64,000 nucleotides of DNA from Camelus ferus (taxonomy: Eukaryota). Shown one piece after another: positions 13,381 to 25,179 of this stretch. Positions within the stretch are counted from its first letter, which is position 1. Every line of letters begins with the position of its first letter. The stretch covers positions 24,802,001 through 24,866,000 of the forward strand of contig NC_045697.1 of the NCBI RefSeq assembly GCF_009834535.1. Direction: 5' to 3'. Below the pieces are notes generated by a model that worked only from the letters and a program-made list of their open reading frames with translations, did no database searches and had not been told where the DNA came from. Made by a program: the position numbers and the translations under genes.

Positions 13381-14208
13381 ATTATTTTCAGTAGAGATAT
13401 TTCTTTGGAAGAAGTGAAGGCCCAACTTGTAAAATGCAGAAGAGAGACTCTGGTTTCTGTTCCCAGGTAAGGAACTTGGAACTCACCACTCTGTCCTAAT
13501 AATAAGTAAAAAGCTGAACAGACCAAAAAAGCAACAACTCTACCTGAATTTGTAAGAGAGGGGAGGATACAAACCACTGGCTACAAGATTGGGAAGACAG
13601 GCAAACAGAGAACAGTTTACCTGAGCGGAGACTCAGAAGCAGAAACAGCTGGGGAACCAGGACAAAGGCAGAAAACCCTAGACTGTTATTGCCTTATTGC
13701 TGGAGGCTCTATATGGACAACTTTGAGAGTCAAAACCTCCAGAGGCACCCAGTAATAGGGCATTCCCACAATTTTGTAAGATCTGAACTAGGTTCCCACA
13801 GTAAATATTGGAGAAAACTTCCCTCATTCTTTCAGCAGAGGGAGGGGAAAGAAACTTTTAAAAGAAGCCAGAGCACTCTGTTCTTGGCAAGACCTGACTG
13901 CAGGAGAAACCGGTTAACAAGAGCTAAGGTATTGTCAGAGCCTAACTGACCTGAGGGAAGAAAACTACCCAACGCCAGCCAGCTCTAGCCATCTTGTCTA
14001 CCCAAGTGGGGAGGAAAAAAGAACCTGAGAAACATGTGTAAAGTTCACAGTCCAGAAACACAAGCTTACTGAAGGACTGAGACCTAATCACAGCACTATG
14101 GAATGCTTCCCCTCTGCCCACTCCTCACCACATTACAAAAATCCCATTTACAACAGTCTTTTTACCCAGTACATCATGTTTGGCTATCAAGATAAAAATT
14201 ACGGAGTA

Positions 14209-16565
14209 CAGCACACCTCGTTTTATTGGGCTTTGATTTATTGTGCTTTGTAGATGCTGCGTTTTTCACAAATTGAAGGTTTGTGACATCCCTGTCTCTA
14301 GCAAGTCCATTGGTGCCATTTTTCTAACAATATTTGTTCACTCTGTGTCTCTCTGTCACATTTTGATAGTTCTTGCAATAAGGCTTACCTCAGAGATACT
14401 GTGGGTTCAGTGTCAGACCACCCTTAGAAAGTGAATATCACAATAAAGCTAGGGACTTGAATTTTTTGGTTTCCCAGTGCATATAAAAATTGTGTTTACA
14501 TTGTGATATAATTTATTAAGTGTGCAAAATAGTGTTATGTCTTTAAAATGTACATACATGAATTAAAAAATAATGCTGTTATAAAAATGGAGCCAATAGA
14601 CTTGCTAGACTCAGGATTGCCACAAACCTTCATTTTGTAAAAAACATAGTATCTGTGAAGCACGATAAAGCAAAACACAGTAAGACGAGCTATACTTGTA
14701 TTTCAAAATTTCATTATTTGTTATTGTGACCTCTTTTCAGTGATCTTTCTTATTACTATTGTAATTGATTTGAGGCACTATGAACCTCGCCACTGCAAAC
14801 TTAATCCATAAGCATGTGTGTTTTGACTGCTTTACTGACCAGCCATTCTCCCATCTCTTTCCCTCTCCTCTGACCTCCCTATTCCCTGAGATACAACGAT
14901 ATTGAAATTAGGCCAATTAATAGCTCTACAATGGCCTTACGTGTTCATGTGAGGGGAAGAGCTGCATGTCTCTCATTTTAAATCAAAAACTAGAAATGAT
15001 TAAGCTAGTGAGGAAGGTGTGTTGAAAGTCCAGAGAGACCATAAGCTGAGCCACTTGTGCCAAAAAGCTAGCCAAGTTCTGCATGCAAATAAAAAGTTTT
15101 TGAAGGAAATTAAAAGTACTACTCAATGAACACTTGAATGGCAAGAAGCAGCCCTATTGCTGATGTGGAGAAAGTTCTAGTGGTCTGGACAGAAGATCAA
15201 ACCAGCCACAACATCCACTTAAGCCAAAACCTAGTCCAAGCAAAGGCCTCTCTCCAATTCTGTGAAGGCTGAGAGAGTTGAGAAAGCTGTGGAAGAAAAT
15301 GTTGAAGCTAGCAGAGGTTGGTTTGTGAGGTTTAAGGAAAGAAGCCACCTCCATGACATCAGAGTGCAAGCTGAAGCAGCAAGCGCTAATGTAGCAACTG
15401 CAAGTTATCCAGAAGATCTAGCTCAGATATAAAGTTTTATATTAGAAGAAGATGCCATCTCAGACCTTCCATAGCTAGGGAGGAGAAGTCAAAGTCTGGC
15501 TTCAAAGCTTTTAAGGACAGACTAACTCTCTTGTTAACAGCTAATGTAGCTGGTAACTTGAAGTTCAAGCCACTGTTCATTTACCATATGAAAATCTTAG
15601 AGCCCTTTGGAATTACACTAAATTGACTCTGTCTGTGCTCTATCAGTAAGACAACAAAGCCTGGATGACAGCACATCTGTTTACAACATAGCTAATTGAA
15701 TATTTTAAGCCAATTGTTGAGACTTGCTACTTTGTAAAAAAGATTCCTTTCAAAATATTACTGCTCATTGACAATGCACCTTGTCAGTTTGGAAGAAGTT
15801 GATTCCAAACCTCATGAATGACTTTGAGAGGTTCAAGACTTCAATGAAGTAAGTAACTGCAGATGTGGTGGAAATAGTAAGAGAACTAGAGTTAGAAGTG
15901 GAGCTTGAAGGTGAAACTGAATTGCTGCAGTCTCATGATAAACTTTAGCAGATGAGGATTTGCTTATGAATGAGCAAAGAAAGTGGTTTCTCGGGATGGA
16001 ATCTACTACTGGCAAAGATGCTGTGAGGACTGTCAAAATGACAACAAAGGATTTGGAATATTGTATAAACTTAGTTGGTAAAGCGGTAGTAGAGTTTGAG
16101 AAGACTGATTCCAATTTTGAAAGTTACACTGTGGGTATAACCTTGACAAATGGCATTGCGTGCTACATAGAAATCATTCATGAAAGGAAGAGTCAAATGA
16201 TGTGGCAAACTTCACTGCTGTCTTATTTAGGAAATTGTCACAGCCACCCCTGCCTCCAGCAACTGCCATCCTGATCAGTCCGCAGCCATCAACATGGAGG
16301 CAAGACCCTCTACTAGCATAAAGATTATAACTTGCTGCAGGCTCAGATAATGGTTAGTACTTTTTAGCAATAAGTACTTTTTAAAATTTAAGGTATATTT
16401 TTTTAGACATAATGCTCTTGCACATTTTAATAGACTATTGTACAGTTAAACATAACATTTGTATGCATCAGAAAACCAAGAAATTCATGTGACTTTCTTT
16501 ATCATGGTATTTGCTTTACTGTGATGGTCTGGAATAGAATCTGTGATATCTCCAAGGTACACCTC
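14209..16565 (+). mobile_element. Tigger1 (TcMar) DNA transposon, internally deleted, with dead transposase
   Basis: Terminal inverted repeats (TIRs) cagcacacctcg... and ...aaggtacacctc, flanked by TA. Transposase start region around 14930 (aatcaaaaactagaaatgattaagct). DDE-region ctgctcattgacaatgcacct (LLIDNAP). The ORF at 15960-16274 is the Tigger1 3' part. Confidence 0.95.
14381..14698 (-). mobile_element. Non-autonomous Tigger1 deletion derivative (MITE) nested in Tigger1
   Basis: Both ends are reverse complements of the host Tigger1 ends (compare 14209-14310 and 16400-16565). TA at 14379-80 and 14699-700. The host resumes gcaata|tttcaaa. Confidence 0.9.
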
Positions 16566-19473
16566 TAAAAGGCAAAAAATACAATTTAAAGACACAGAAA
16601 AATCAGCAAAACCAGTCATGGCAGGGAAATTGGAATTATCAGATCAGGATTTAAAACACTATGATTAATATGCTAAGCACTCTACTGGATAAAGTAGACA
16701 GCATGTCAGAACAGATGGGCAATGTGAGCAGAGAGATGAAACTCCCAGGAAAATAAACAAAAGAAATGCAAGAGATCAAAAACACTATAACAGAAATGAA
16801 GAATGCCTTTGATGGATTAATGGAAGTTGGAAACAGCTAAGGGAAGAATTTCCGAGCTAGAGGATACATCAATAGAATCCTCAAAAATTAAAAAGCAGAC
16901 AGAAAAAAGGACTCTAAAAAGTAGAAGAGAATATTCCAGGACAGTGGGCCACTACAAAAGGTATAACGTATGTGTAATGCAAATACTAGAAAGGGAAGAG
17001 AGAAAGGAACAGAAAAAATATTTGAAACAATAATAACTGAGAATTCCCACAAATTATGTTAGATACCTCAGCATAGGTCCAGGAGGCTCAGAAAATACCA
17101 AGCAGGATAAATGCCAAAAAAATAAAGTAACAGGTTGTGCTTTAATTGGAGACAGTGTAGGGTGTCCAAGTGAGCACTGCCTCCCTGAGCAACGTCACTT
17201 CCTGTGGCAGCTGACTGGGCTGTGAGAATTCCCCAAGTAACTCCAGAACTGAGCTTCAAAAATAACTAATATATTGCCAATTCCTCCGTTTACAGTTAGA
17301 AAACTGGAAACTTCATCTGTTAAATCATGTGTCTAAATTCTCCAAATTAATTGGAGAACTGGGCCTAGACACACGAATCCTTCCTTAGGTAAACTCATAT
17401 TACATGACTGTTTATAGAAGATGCCACGTCTTAGCTAATAACCAAACAGATATGGTGTTACTGACATGATCATGATATTACACACTTAATATTCTTAGTA
17501 AAATAACATGAGCCAATGCAATGGATCAAGACGCCTTATTATAACTGGATTACTTTTAAGCAATAAATTAAATTTCATGACTTTTTAAAGTTGTTTGGTT
17601 TTACATTTTCTGATTTCATTAGAGTAGCATCTGACATTAATATGAGTCTACATAATGCATTTAAATACCTTTGAAAATTTTATTTTTAATAGTGAAGCCC
17701 TTCATAATAAATATATATATATTTACAAATCATTTGTTAAATGAAACACAGAGTCTGACTTATTACTGTTTAACTGATCTTGCTAAAGAATCTTTTTCTT
17801 CTTATACACACATACAGAAACTAATTATTTTCAACATTTTTTTCTGTAAAATAGATATTTGGAGGTACATATCTGGCATAGTTTGCTTGTCATTGTTGCT
17901 TCATTTGATCACTCTTCCATGTAAATAACACAGGCTGAGAAACAGAATAATTATTAGGGTCTGAGAAATCATAAATTAGATACTTATTATACTTCTTAAG
18001 AGACTGGAAAAAAAGTTTTTACTATGATGGCACACTGTGAGTCTGATAGCTTTCCAACTTTAATCAAAATGTTGTTCATGATGGTGGGAAAATAAATATC
18101 TCTAAGATTAAATGTATTTAAATATGAAATTGTTAGAGGAAACCTAGACCTTTATGATTCCTGAAAATGACATTTTTATAATATAATCCAGAGTACTTTT
18201 CAAATTTAGAAACTTTTTTAAACAAATGATATTAAAAACTTAAATAGCAAAAATGCAATTAGATAAAAATTATATTAATTAAAAATAAAATATATATCTG
18301 TATGTAATTATAATATTAATTTAAAGTTAAAAATATATTTTATAAAGATGTGTATACATGTTTACATTATATGGTAATGTATATGATATAGGTATATTAA
18401 TATATAATATATAAAAAGCATTGATGTATACCTAAAATAATAAAAATAAAATCCCACATTTTAAATCTTTAAGATGAACCAAGTATTAGCAGATTCTTAG
18501 AAATTTGCATAAAAAATTTAAACCAAACAGAAAACCATCTGTGGCTAATTTTTACCTGGCTCTACATTTACAAGCAAAGTACAAAACACTGGTTTAGAAA
18601 AAAAAATTTTTTAATCAATTTTATAATTAAGGCTTGAAATTTTCACATAGTATAAACATCATTCATCTTTATGTATGGTCAAAATTAATTGTAATATTCT
18701 CATCTAAATTTATAAATGGCTCAATTCTCTTTAATCTTTGACTTAATATAATTCCATTATTATTTGCTTTTAGAAATTACCAATTTTAAGTTATAAAATT
18801 AAATCATTAAAACTTCGTGGAAAATCACACTTTGTTACAGTCCAAAGACAATAATCAATCATTCATTCAAGTAAAAAACTGCAAATAATGAGATCAAGAA
18901 AATCAATCATATTTATATTTTACAATATCTGATACCAGTTAAAAATGAAGCTAACAAAAATAATAAAGGAAATGAGCATATATTTTATCCATAAATAAGA
19001 CTAAGGAAGGTAACTCAATATGAACAGAGGATTTTTGCTGCCTTGTGTAGTCACTGCAGAGTTTCCTGGGGTTGGTATAATGAATAAAATACTAATGCCC
19101 CAAAATAAGAACAAATGCAGAAAGTTTACGATAGGTCAAATCTTTCTCATGCATAATTAAAACTGCTGTAGATGGATATTAGTTGTTAAAAATAACATTT
19201 AATTATTTTAACGTGAAAGAAATTGAACATAGAGCAATATCTTGCAGCATATCAGAAACACATTTGCAACAGAAGTAGAAATGTAATGCTGAAAATAATT
19301 GGTTTTAAAATATTAATTTCCTTCTCTTGTTTCCCTTTCTTAAAGAATCAAAAAGCCCAAATATAGTAAAACATAATAAAAATATTTAATATTTCCTGAG
19401 GTTCTATTATGTGATAAGCACCATTCTTTAAGGTGTATATATTTGATCTCATTTTAATTATCATGATGTAGGT

Positions 19474-19694
19474 CAGGGGTTAACGAAATGGTACCTGGGG
19501 ACCAATCCAGTCTGCCACCTGTTTTTGTAAGCAGAGTTTTGTTGGATCTCCACATTGGCTGTTAATTTGTACTTTCTATGATTGTTTTCATGCTAAGATG
19601 GCAAAGTTGAGCAATTGCAAATGACCATATGCCTAGTAAATCCTAAAATATTTATTATCTGGCCATTTACAAAAAAAAAGTTTGGCAGCCATTG
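19474..19694 (+). mobile_element. MER58A (hAT-Charlie) inserted into a minus-strand MIR (~19390-19820)
   Basis: caggggtt...ccacctgtttttgtaa...cctaaaatatttattatctggccatttacaaaaaaaaagtttggcagccattg. Confidence 0.85.
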
Positions 19695-20079
19695 ATGTCA
19701 CTAATATGATTTTATTTTTCAATGAAACTTAATATCAGGATGGAAGACACAAACTGTAAACCCTGAACTCAGAGAAGAAACCCAATTTTGTTTGACTCCA
19801 GGTGATTATGTTCCTTATATTACACAATACAGAAGAAGTTTAGAAAATGAACTGCACAAGGATAGGATAGTGTGGATCTTTTTTTATTAGCTGTTCATGC
19901 ATAAATGTCTTGGGGTTTCATTTGGATGAAGCTAAAAACAAAGTTAATATAATCATAGTCCGAATATATAGAATAATAGAATCCAGCCCACAGGCTTTAC
20001 TATATATAGTTATCTGCCTCAGACAGTTATACCATTACCTTTAATTTTCAGTACCCCATTCATTTGTTCTTCCTTCCTC

Positions 20080-21130
20080 CTACTAATAGGAGCGTCCCTT
20101 TTTAATTTAAAGTTATTTCATTGACTCAACTTTGGATCCCATTTCTCCTGAAACTCCCAAGCCCTTCCTCTGTTTATTAGTCTCTCTCTTCAGAGACAAT
20201 TCTTTGAAGAAAAAAAAGCCCTCATTACTTTGTTTATTTTTTCACCTTTACTCCTCAACCCATTGTGGTCTACCATCTGTTTCACTCAATCCACTGAAAC
20301 GGCTGTGGTCAAGGTCAGTAAGAATATCCCTGCAGCTGAGGTCATTAGGCACTTTTCAGTCCTTGCCTAATTTGACTGTTTATATCCTACACTATCAGAT
20401 ACTCCATCAATATTGAAACTCTATTCCCTTGTTTTGTGAAGTCACTCTCTCATTGCCCTTCCCTATTTTTCAGACAGTTGCTCTTATTCTCCTTTGAGAT
20501 TATCTTTTTCCAGATTCATGCCACCCATGTTAGTGTTCTCAATATTCCATAATTAAAATTTGTCTTTCCCTTCCCACCCTCCGCCCCCTTGGCAACGGGA
20601 TTTCAAAATTGTAGAACAGATAAACAAGATTATGCTGTATAGCACAGGGAAATATACACAAGACCTTATGGTAGCTCACAGAGAAGACAATGTGTCAATG
20701 AATATATATATCTACATGTATAACTGAAAAATTGTGCTCTACACTGGAATTTGACACAACATTGTAAAATGACTTTAAATCAATAAAAAATGTTAAAAAA
20801 ATTTGTCTTTTTTCATTCTGTGTATTTTCCATGGGTAATCATGAAAAATACTTTATTTTTATTGACTATTATTGCTTATCATGTCTTTAATTAATATCAA
20901 TATGATTAATACGTGTATATTTTGGTCCATATTTTCTCCTAAACTCCAGAATTATATATCAAACCTCATCTGCCATGAATTCACTTCCTATCCTAAGGCA
21001 TCTCAAAATTAATATGTCCCAGTCCAATGCCATTATGTCCCCTGTTAAACGCATCTTTTTTACCCCATATGTTGTGTTCTCTATCATGGTAAAATGGCAT
21101 TTTCCTCTGCTCTGACTCAAGACAGGCAGA
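20080..21130 (+). mobile_element. L2 LINE fragment (RT region), split by a young L1
   Basis: ctcctcaacccattgtggtct...tccactgaaacggctgtggtcaaggtca, resembling LNPLQSGF..STETALVKV. Confidence 0.7.
20568..20797 (+). mobile_element. Young camelid L1 3' end with 5' inversion
   Basis: Perfect 13-bp TSD aaaatttgtcttt (20555-20567 and 20798-20810). 20568-20596 is inverted L1 sequence; the remainder is sense 3' UTR ending aataaaaaatgttaaaa. Confidence 0.9.
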
Positions 21131-22016
21131 TATTCAAAAAATACACTCAAGGCTGTATAAAATTATAATACTAGACTATTAATTAAAATGGGAAATACAG
21201 GCATCAAACAGATTTGCATGGTCATGTTTGCTGATTGATGCTTTTGCCCTAAGGTAAATCAAAATGAAAAAAAATCAAAATTCAAAAGTTGTTTGGAAGC
21301 ATAAATTGATAGCTAAATTAATTTACTTCAGGTCCTCATGCCACTGGACAAAACAAAGGTGTGGATGAATAGTTGTGCAAAGTAACTCAAATATCAAAGA
21401 AAAAGTATCTGTTAAACTAAGTTCCACAGTGACAATTAAATGATCTGTAGTTATTTCATTTAATATAGTTTATAACAATGGTATGAGAAATGCTCAAAAT
21501 TCAGTAAAACGAAGTTTCAAGATAGCATCTGTATGATAATCTCATACATGTTACACTTTATATCTCTCAATAGGAAAAGGCAGATAGAGACACAAAGATT
21601 ATAATACAGATACAGATAAATGCACAGAGATATACCTGAGTACTTTTTACAGGTATAATCACATGTTAATAGAAGGCAGCACTGCCTAACAGAGTCACTA
21701 ATATCCTACTTTTCATATTCTGATCAATTCACTCAAGAAAGTTATTCAAGCATTCATTTTCTTGATTTTTACAGAGGTGTATCACTACTGATACCCTGAT
21801 AGGGTGGTGGTGACAATTTGTTTAAAAAATCAGATATGCAGACTCTGGTATATTGTCCAATATACAATAGGAACTCAGACACTGAAGCTGGTCATTGTAA
21901 CAGTTAATATTTCTAAATGATGGGGACATAAATATGACTAGGACAATAAAATTGTTTTACGGTGGAACTTAACGTGGTTAGAGTTGGCAAACAATAAAGT
22001 AAACAAAAATGTACAG

Positions 22017-22160
22017 TGGCGGGAGGGTAGAGTGTGTGCTTAGCTTACACAAGGTCCTGGTTCAATCCCCAGTACTGCCATTGAGAAACAGATAAATAAG
22101 CAAATAAATAAGTAAATAAACAAACTTAAGTACCCCCTCCCCCCAAAAAGAAATGATTTT
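22017..22160 (+). mobile_element. Vic-1-type SINE with A-box deletion
   Basis: gggagggt^agagtgtgtgcttagc...ggttcaatccccagtac followed by a (taaa)n tail. TSD aaaa(a/g)tgtaca at 22005 and 22161. Confidence 0.85.
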
Positions 22161-23059
22161 AAAAGTGTACAACTTCAGGTAGTGATAAAATACAGAAGGC
22201 TTGGAAAGTTTGTGGAGTCTGTGAAAGAACTTAAGATGGGGCAAGCAGTGATGGCTTCTCTGAAGGGCTGACTTTGGGCTGAGAACTGAGAGAGACTGGG
22301 GAGAAAGCCACCTGAAGGTGGGGGAAAGAGCGTCCCAGCAGTGGGCAGCAACGGCAAAGGCCCTCAGACACGAGGGGCTGGACAGCAGCTGTGGCTGGAA
22401 CATGGTAAAGGCAGGCGGTCAGAGACGTAGGCAGGAAACACAGCTCTATGAATATTATCACAAGTCTGTATGGCCAGGGCTTTCTGAGCAAAGAGCGCTG
22501 ACATCTGGGTTAAAGTATGACAGAACAACAGCCCTAAAGACAGAGGTCTCCAAAATGATGTTAAGTTTTCCCTCTCACGAGTCATATGTGTACTTTTCAG
22601 GGAGCGATGTTTCACTCTCTGTCCAGAGTAGCTTTGTTTACAAGTGCAAAGTATCTCTTCCTCTCTCTGGACGGGTGGAGGGATGGATGTGTCAGCTTCT
22701 GGTTTTGTAATTTTGGGACTCCTCTCCTGTGGTGCAAACCCTATGGACATACACAGGTGACACCATATCCTCACATCATCCTGCAGGGAATCCCAGCATA
22801 GGTGGCTGGGGTTAAGGAAACCTTGTGTTTCCCAGCTACCTCCCTACATGCGTACGCACAAACATACATGCATAAAGACAACAGAGGAACCATATCCCTT
22901 TGTATCTAACTGGAAAGGTATTTGGTTTTTATTTCAGGGGAGACGATAATGGTTACTTTAGCCAAGGTGGTAGGTGTGGAGATTTTGATAAGAAGTGAGA
23001 ATAGGAGTGGAATTGAATGTAAAATTGATGAAAAGATATTAAAAACTATTACAGAGGAG

Positions 23060-23735
23060 GCCAAAACTGGGCTCCCTACTTCCTTTCTTCCCCATCTAGA
23101 GTTTGTCAGAGAGGAGCCTGAGAATGCTCTTTAAAACCATAATTCAAATCATATCACTTTTCTGCTCAAAATCATTCAATGGCTTCCTTTCTCACTCACA
23201 GTGAAATCCAGTCATTACCTCTTCCCACACCTTCAACGAATGAGCCCTGTGCCCACCCCACCACCAGCATCTCTCTGCCCCCACTTCCCACCCTGGTGTC
23301 CCTCCAGCCCCAGTGGCCTCCTTCATTTTCCTCTGACCGGTGAGGCACACTCTTGCCTCAAGCCTCTGAACCCTCATGTCTGTCTGGAAAGATCTTCCCT
23401 CAGGTATCCCTGTGACTTACTCTCTCACCACAAATAGGTCCTGTTCAAGTACTGCCTCAGCAAATGGGCCTTACCTGTTGACAGTGGTAAGAACCACTGT
23501 CAAAATCACATCCCACTCAATCAACAATAACCTTTTATCACTTTTTAAAACCTTTTTTTTTATCATTCTTATTAGCACCAGCCATATTTTAGGTATTTAT
23601 GTGTCTGTTTGTATGTTTCCTTTTTTCCACTGGAATATAAATGTATGACTACAGAGATTTATGTTTTCATTGCTGAATTCTCAAGATTTAGGATAGCCCC
23701 TACTATAAAGTAGGCTTTCTAATGAATGAATAAAA
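23060..23735 (+). mobile_element. L2 3' region
   Basis: atatcacttttctgctcaaaatcattcaatggcttcc, ending in an atgaatgaat tail. Confidence 0.75.
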
Positions 23736-24439
23736 ATGCATAAGTGGAGTTACTGGATTGGGTTACAGAAAATACAAAACGAGGGCATATCTAAGATGCA
23801 TTTATCAGCTGGGTTATGTAATGCCATTTATAGATTTATAGAAGATGAGGGCAGAAGCTTTGAGGGATAACTTATACTGTTTGACTCACACCATTTGAAA
23901 AAAGTTATTTTTAAAGTTAAAATACCATAATAATTTTTAAAATATTTTAAGATGCAAACCCAGGAAACGAAAGTATAGTCCTAGAAAGGACAGCAATCTT
24001 ACAACACAAATATCTGTGTTTAGAAATTTACTGACACTCATGGAAATTCTCTAATTTACTTCCTGTCGTTTTCTGGTTTCTAACCTTTTGGCTTTTTACT
24101 CACATTGTCCTTTGCAGTTTAGACTCATTGGATAAGGATATTTAGACCATCCCCACTGTTTCTATCTTATTCTTTTCTGAGCAACAGTCTTTCAAGTTGA
24201 AACCCTTTACTTTCTCCAGAAACAAACTCCCAGGACATGGCACCCACCCTCATCAAATGCCTCTCTTATAATCTTTGTAAGCACATCATTATTCTTATTC
24301 TATATCAAATGAGAACAGCTATTGTCTAAGTTACTTTATAGATCTATAATGGTATCTAAAATAAGACGCACACTATGATAATGTAAGATGAACTAGTACA
24401 CAGAAACACAGTCTAATTGGAATTAATTTAGACAATCAA

Positions 24440-24900
24440 TCACAGCGCTGATGCTGCCAACAAGGGGTCAGATCAGTGCCAACATTGATTGTGGTTCTTC
24501 TCTGACAAATGTTTTATGGCTATTAAATGAAAAGCATAATAGCACTGAGCTCAAAGGAATCCTGCTGCTTCTCTCCCTCAAACATAACTTAGCAGCTCTT
24601 ACTGTAAATCTCTGTACCCACTCATCTTCATTCCTAGCTTGTTATTATAGCCTTGATTCAAAATCCTCGATTTTCCCTTAGTTGCACCTCATATAATTTA
24701 TCAAATGCCTTGCTGAGATCTAGGTAAAAGACTTCCACTGCCTCTGCCTCATCTACTTCCCTGCTCCCTGCAAACACTTGATCAGGTCTCTGGGGCCCTG
24801 TCCTTTTTTCTTATACAATGTTGGCAAAACCTGTATACTCGCTGCTCTTCTCTGGAAAACTTGCATGCTTGTTTATTGTAATTGAAACACTTACTAGTTC
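24440..24900 (-). mobile_element. CR1/L3 LINE RT fragment
   Basis: The reverse complement of about 24697-24726 encodes YLDLSKAFDK, a CR1-type RT motif. Boundaries approximate. Confidence 0.6.
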
Positions 24901-24919
24901 AAAAACATCAGGTTCCAGG

Positions 24920-24923
<4 letters not shown>

Positions 24924-24971
<48 letters not shown>

Positions 24972-24981
24972 TGTGTGTGTG
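24924..24981. repeat. (TG)n microsatellite with one interruption
   Basis: Direct reading of the sequence. Confidence 0.95.
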
Positions 24982-25179
24982 CTTTTTTTGTTTGTTTTTT
25001 GTTTTTGTTTTTTATTTTAACAGTCAATTTAACACGAATCGTTTTTCTATTCAGGTTCTCAGAGAGACGACTGAAATAGTATGCTTCAGAATTTGTACCC
25101 CTTATGTGTCTTTTCCCCTTATATCACTGCAAAAACTGCTAATTTCTCTCTCTTCTGAAACTCTCTATTAGTCCACCTT

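Larger units (their letters stand above)
13440..17125 (+). mobile_element. Old L1 5' UTR/ORF1 fragment, interrupted by Tigger1 at 14209-16565
   Basis: The L1 sequence continues across the insertion (aaaaattacggagta|aaaggcaaaaa). ORF1-like peptide TAKGRISELEDTSIE at 16827-17033. Confidence 0.8.

Noticed and set aside
14930..16274. Possible domesticated Tigger transposase
   Set aside because: Multiple stop codons and frameshifts, plus a deletion near 15787 in the catalytic region.
22062..22801. Several overlapping 60-136 aa ORFs
   Set aside because: They overlap a SINE and GC-richer L2/LTR-like remnants and are open on both strands; chance frames.
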